A DNA stretch of 37,526 nucleotides, taken from Rhodanobacteraceae bacterium. Lineage in GTDB: Bacteria > Pseudomonadota > Gammaproteobacteria > Xanthomonadales > Rhodanobacteraceae. The stretch is from positions 1 to 37,526 of the forward strand of contig JBOHYT010000431.1 in assembly GCA_050738055.1 (NCBI GenBank), in the 5' to 3' direction. The position numbers and the translations under genes are program-made. This document shows positions 35,231 through 37,526 of the stretch, one piece after another. The notes under the pieces are model-generated. The model did not search any database. It was not told the DNA's origin and saw only the letters and a list, made by a program, of their open reading frames with translations. Each line of letters begins with the position of its first letter. The first letter of the stretch is position 1.

Positions 35231-36469
35231 ATGAACAAACGGCGTGTGGTGGTCACCGGCCTCGGCATCGTCTCGCCCGTCGGCAATGATGTCGCGACTG
35301 CGTGGAAGAACGTGGTGGAGGGCAACAGCGGGATCGGGCCGATCACGCATTTCGACACGGCTTCGTTCCCGACCCGCATCGCCGGTGAGGTGAAGGGCTT
35401 CGACCCGGCCGAATACATCGCTCCGAAGAACTTCAAGAAGATGGACACCTTCATCCACTACGGGATCGCGGCGGGCACGCAGGCGCTGCGCGATTCCGGG
35501 CTGGAGGTGACGGAAGCGAACGCGCCGCGCATCGGCGCCGCGGTGGGCGCGGGGATCGGCGGCATCGCCAGCATCGAGCGCACCACCATCGCCTACCACG
35601 AGGGTGGTCCGCGCAAGGTCTCGCCGTTCTTCATACCAGGCTCGATCATCAACATGGCTGCGGGCAACCTCGCGATCATCCACGGCCTGAAGGGTCCGAA
35701 CATCGCCTGCGTGACTGCATGCACCACCGCGACCCACAACATCGGTCTCGCGATGCGGATGATCCAGTACGGTGACGCCGATGCGATGCTGACGGGCGGC
35801 GCCGAGTTTTCGGTCACTCCGACCGCGGTCGGCGGCTTCTGCTCGGCGCGCGCGATGAGCACGCGCAACGACGAACCAATGCGCGCCAGCCGCCCGTGGG
35901 ACAAGGATCGCGATGGTTTCGTCCTGTCCGACGGCGCGGGCCTGCTGATGCTGGAAGAGTACGAGCAGGCGAAGGCGCGCGGCGCCAACATCTACGCCGA
36001 GATCGCCGGATTCGGCATGAGCGACGACGCGTACCACATCACCGCGCCCAGCGAGGGCGGCGAAGGTGCGGCCCGGTGCATGGAGAATGCGCTGGCGGAT
36101 GCCGGGGTGGGTCCTTCCCAGGTGCAGTACGTCAATGCACACGGTACGTCGACGCAGCTCGGTGACCTTGGTGAAGTGCATGCGGCCAAACGCGTGTTTG
36201 GGGACTACGCGAAAAAACTGCCGATCAGTTCCACCAAGTCGACCACCGGACACTTGCTGGGGGCGGCGGGAGGCGTGGAAGCGATCTTCACCTTGCTGGC
36301 TATGCGTGACAAAGTGCTGCCGCCCACCATCAATCTCGACGAACCGGGCGAGGGTTGCGATCTCGATTTCGTGCCCAATACGGCACGTGACGGCAAGATC
36401 GATGTCGCCATTTCCAATTCGTTCGGCTTTGGCGGTACCAACGGCACATTGTTGTTCCGGCGGGCTTGA
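35231..36469 (+). CDS. fabF: 3-oxoacyl-ACP synthase II
   Basis: [10 protein letters not shown] (active-site Cys), NAHGTST and [15 protein letters not shown] motifs. 412 aa. Confidence 0.95.
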   Translation: MNKRRVVVTGLGIVSPVGNDVATAWKNVVEGNSGIGPITHFDTASFPTRIAGEVKGFDPAEYIAPKNFKKMDTFIHYGIAAGTQALRDSGLEVTEANAPRIGAAVGAGIGGIASIERTTIAYHEGGPRKVSPFFIPGSIINMAAGNLAIIHGLKGPNIACVTACTTATHNIGLAMRMIQYGDADAMLTGGAEFSVTPTAVGGFCSARAMSTRNDEPMRASRPWDKDRDGFVLSDGAGLLMLEEYEQAKARGANIYAEIAGFGMSDDAYHITAPSEGGEGAARCMENALADAGVGPSQVQYVNAHGTSTQLGDLGEVHAAKRVFGDYAKKLPISSTKSTTGHLLGAAGGVEAIFTLLAMRDKVLPPTINLDEPGEGCDLDFVPNTARDGKIDVAISNSFGFGGTNGTLLFRRA

Positions 36470-36525
36470 TCCATGGCGCAGGCGCAGCGTGCGGGTCGCA
36501 CGCGATCGTTTAGTAGACTGCCCGG

Positions 36526-37526
36526 ATGATTCGGCCGGAAGCCTTCCGCACCCTTGCACGACGTGATCGCCAGGTCGGCAATGCCCTTGCACGCGGGTTG
36601 CTGTTGCTTGTGGTGTTGGTGGTCGTTGCCGTGGTCGCGTGGGGCGGGATCAAGTACCTGCACTTCACGCGCACGCCGCTTGCCATCCAATCCGCCGGGC
36701 AGACACTGGAGGTTGCCAAGGGCGAGGGCTTCAAGGGCATCGTGCGGCAATTACGCAATGACAAGTTGACCGAAGCGCCGCCCCTGCTGTGGCGGGTGTT
36801 GGCGCTCAGGCTGGGCGTGACCAGCCGTTTGCATGCGGGCGAATACGCGCTGGCGCCGGGCATGACGCCGACAGTGTTGCTTGAAAACATGGCTGCCGGC
36901 CGGGTTTTACATCGTCGCGTCACCCTGGTCGATGGCTGGACCTTCGCGCAGGTTCGGCAGGCGCTTGCGAAGGCGCCGAAGCTGAAGAACGATCTGGGCG
37001 GCCTGAGTGATCCGCAGATCATGGCGAAGCTGGGCGATGCACGGCGGTCAGCCGAGGGCGAGTTCATGCCAGACACCTACGACTACGTGCTCGGGATGTC
37101 CGACATGGACGTGCTGACGCGTGCCCACAAGGCGATGCAGGCATTCGTGGCGAAGGAGTGGACGGCGCGCGACCAGTCCATCCAGCTTCAATCGCCGTAC
37201 CAGGCGCTGGTGCTGGCGTCGCTGGTCGAGAAGGAGACGGCGGTGCCTGCCGAACGCCCGAAGATCGCCGGCGTGTTCGAACGCCGTCTCAAGATCGGCA
37301 TGAAACTCGAGACCGACCCCAGCGTCATCTATGGCATGGGTGCCGCGTACACCGGCAATATCCACAAATCCGATCTGGAAACCGACACGCCGTACAACAC
37401 TTATACGCGCGCCGGCCTGCCGCCGACGCCGATTGCGCTCTCCGGCCGCGCAGCGATCAATGCTGTGTTGCACCCGGCGGCGGGCGACGCGTTGTACTTC
37501 GTTGCCAAGGGCGATGGCACCCATCA
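36526..37526 (+). CDS. mltG: Endolytic murein transglycosylase MltG/YceG, 3'-partial (runs off the window, so absent from the ORF track)
   Basis: Hand translation in the frame of ATG 36526 gives MIRPEAFRTL..., one TM helix (LLLLVVLVVVAVVAW), ...LASLVEKETAVPAERPKIAGVF..R....MKLETDPSVIYGMG...TPYNTYTRAGLPPTPIA...LYFVAKGDGTH. Confidence 0.85.
   Translation, partial: MIRPEAFRTLARRDRQVGNALARGLLLLVVLVVVAVVAWGGIKYLHFTRTPLAIQSAGQTLEVAKGEGFKGIVRQLRNDKLTEAPPLLWRVLALRLGVTSRLHAGEYALAPGMTPTVLLENMAAGRVLHRRVTLVDGWTFAQVRQALAKAPKLKNDLGGLSDPQIMAKLGDARRSAEGEFMPDTYDYVLGMSDMDVLTRAHKAMQAFVAKEWTARDQSIQLQSPYQALVLASLVEKETAVPAERPKIAGVFERRLKIGMKLETDPSVIYGMGAAYTGNIHKSDLETDTPYNTYTRAGLPPTPIALSGRAAINAVLHPAAGDALYFVAKGDGTH

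Overview
This is a GC-rich stretch of gammaproteobacterial chromosome (about two-thirds G+C by eye, not computed). Gene order and repeat content look like Xanthomonadales/Lysobacterales, which is an inference. No database search was possible, so all family calls rest on motifs read from the translations.

Gene content, left to right:
- moaA (5'-partial), then moaC-moaD-moaE.
- tRNA-Ser(GGA), SRP/4.5S RNA (ffs, absent from the ORF track), then dnaX-ybaB-recR and a HIT protein.
- A long minus-strand run: Slp-like lipoprotein; the MoxR-DUF58-TgpA(transglutaminase) operon; a methyltransferase-FAD oxidoreductase-type III PKS operon; a TsdA-like dihaem cytochrome c followed by a frameshifted porin; and an orphan 5'-truncated ureC butted against a 3'-truncated dsbD.
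- copL-copA-copB, then a CaCA antiporter, a Cys-rich micro-ORF and a His-tailed EamA transporter.
- An MBL-fold hydrolase, an OmpR-type response regulator with its histidine kinase, and maf/yceF.
- yceD-rpmF-fabH-fabD-fabG-acpP-fabF-mltG (3'-partial; it runs off the window, so it is missing from the ORF track).

The structure the genes do not explain lies in the spacers. There are four repeat families:
1. Tandem 7-bp arrays with a C[C/T]CG..T skeleton, in eight blocks that often occur in pairs bracketing a segment.
2. A MITE-like element with TCGTCATTCCGGGGC termini, in three copies.
3. A palindromic element built from CACGGAT/ATCCGTG arms, in three copies, one carrying a nested MITE.
4. GTAGGGCGGGTCTTGACCCGCC REP hairpins.

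The candidates most worth follow-up are the heptamer-array architecture, the uncharacterised type III PKS cassette, the dsbD'/'ureC deletion scar, and the His-tailed EamA plus Cys-rich micro-ORF module beside copLAB. I see no clearly novel multi-gene system that I can defend beyond these.
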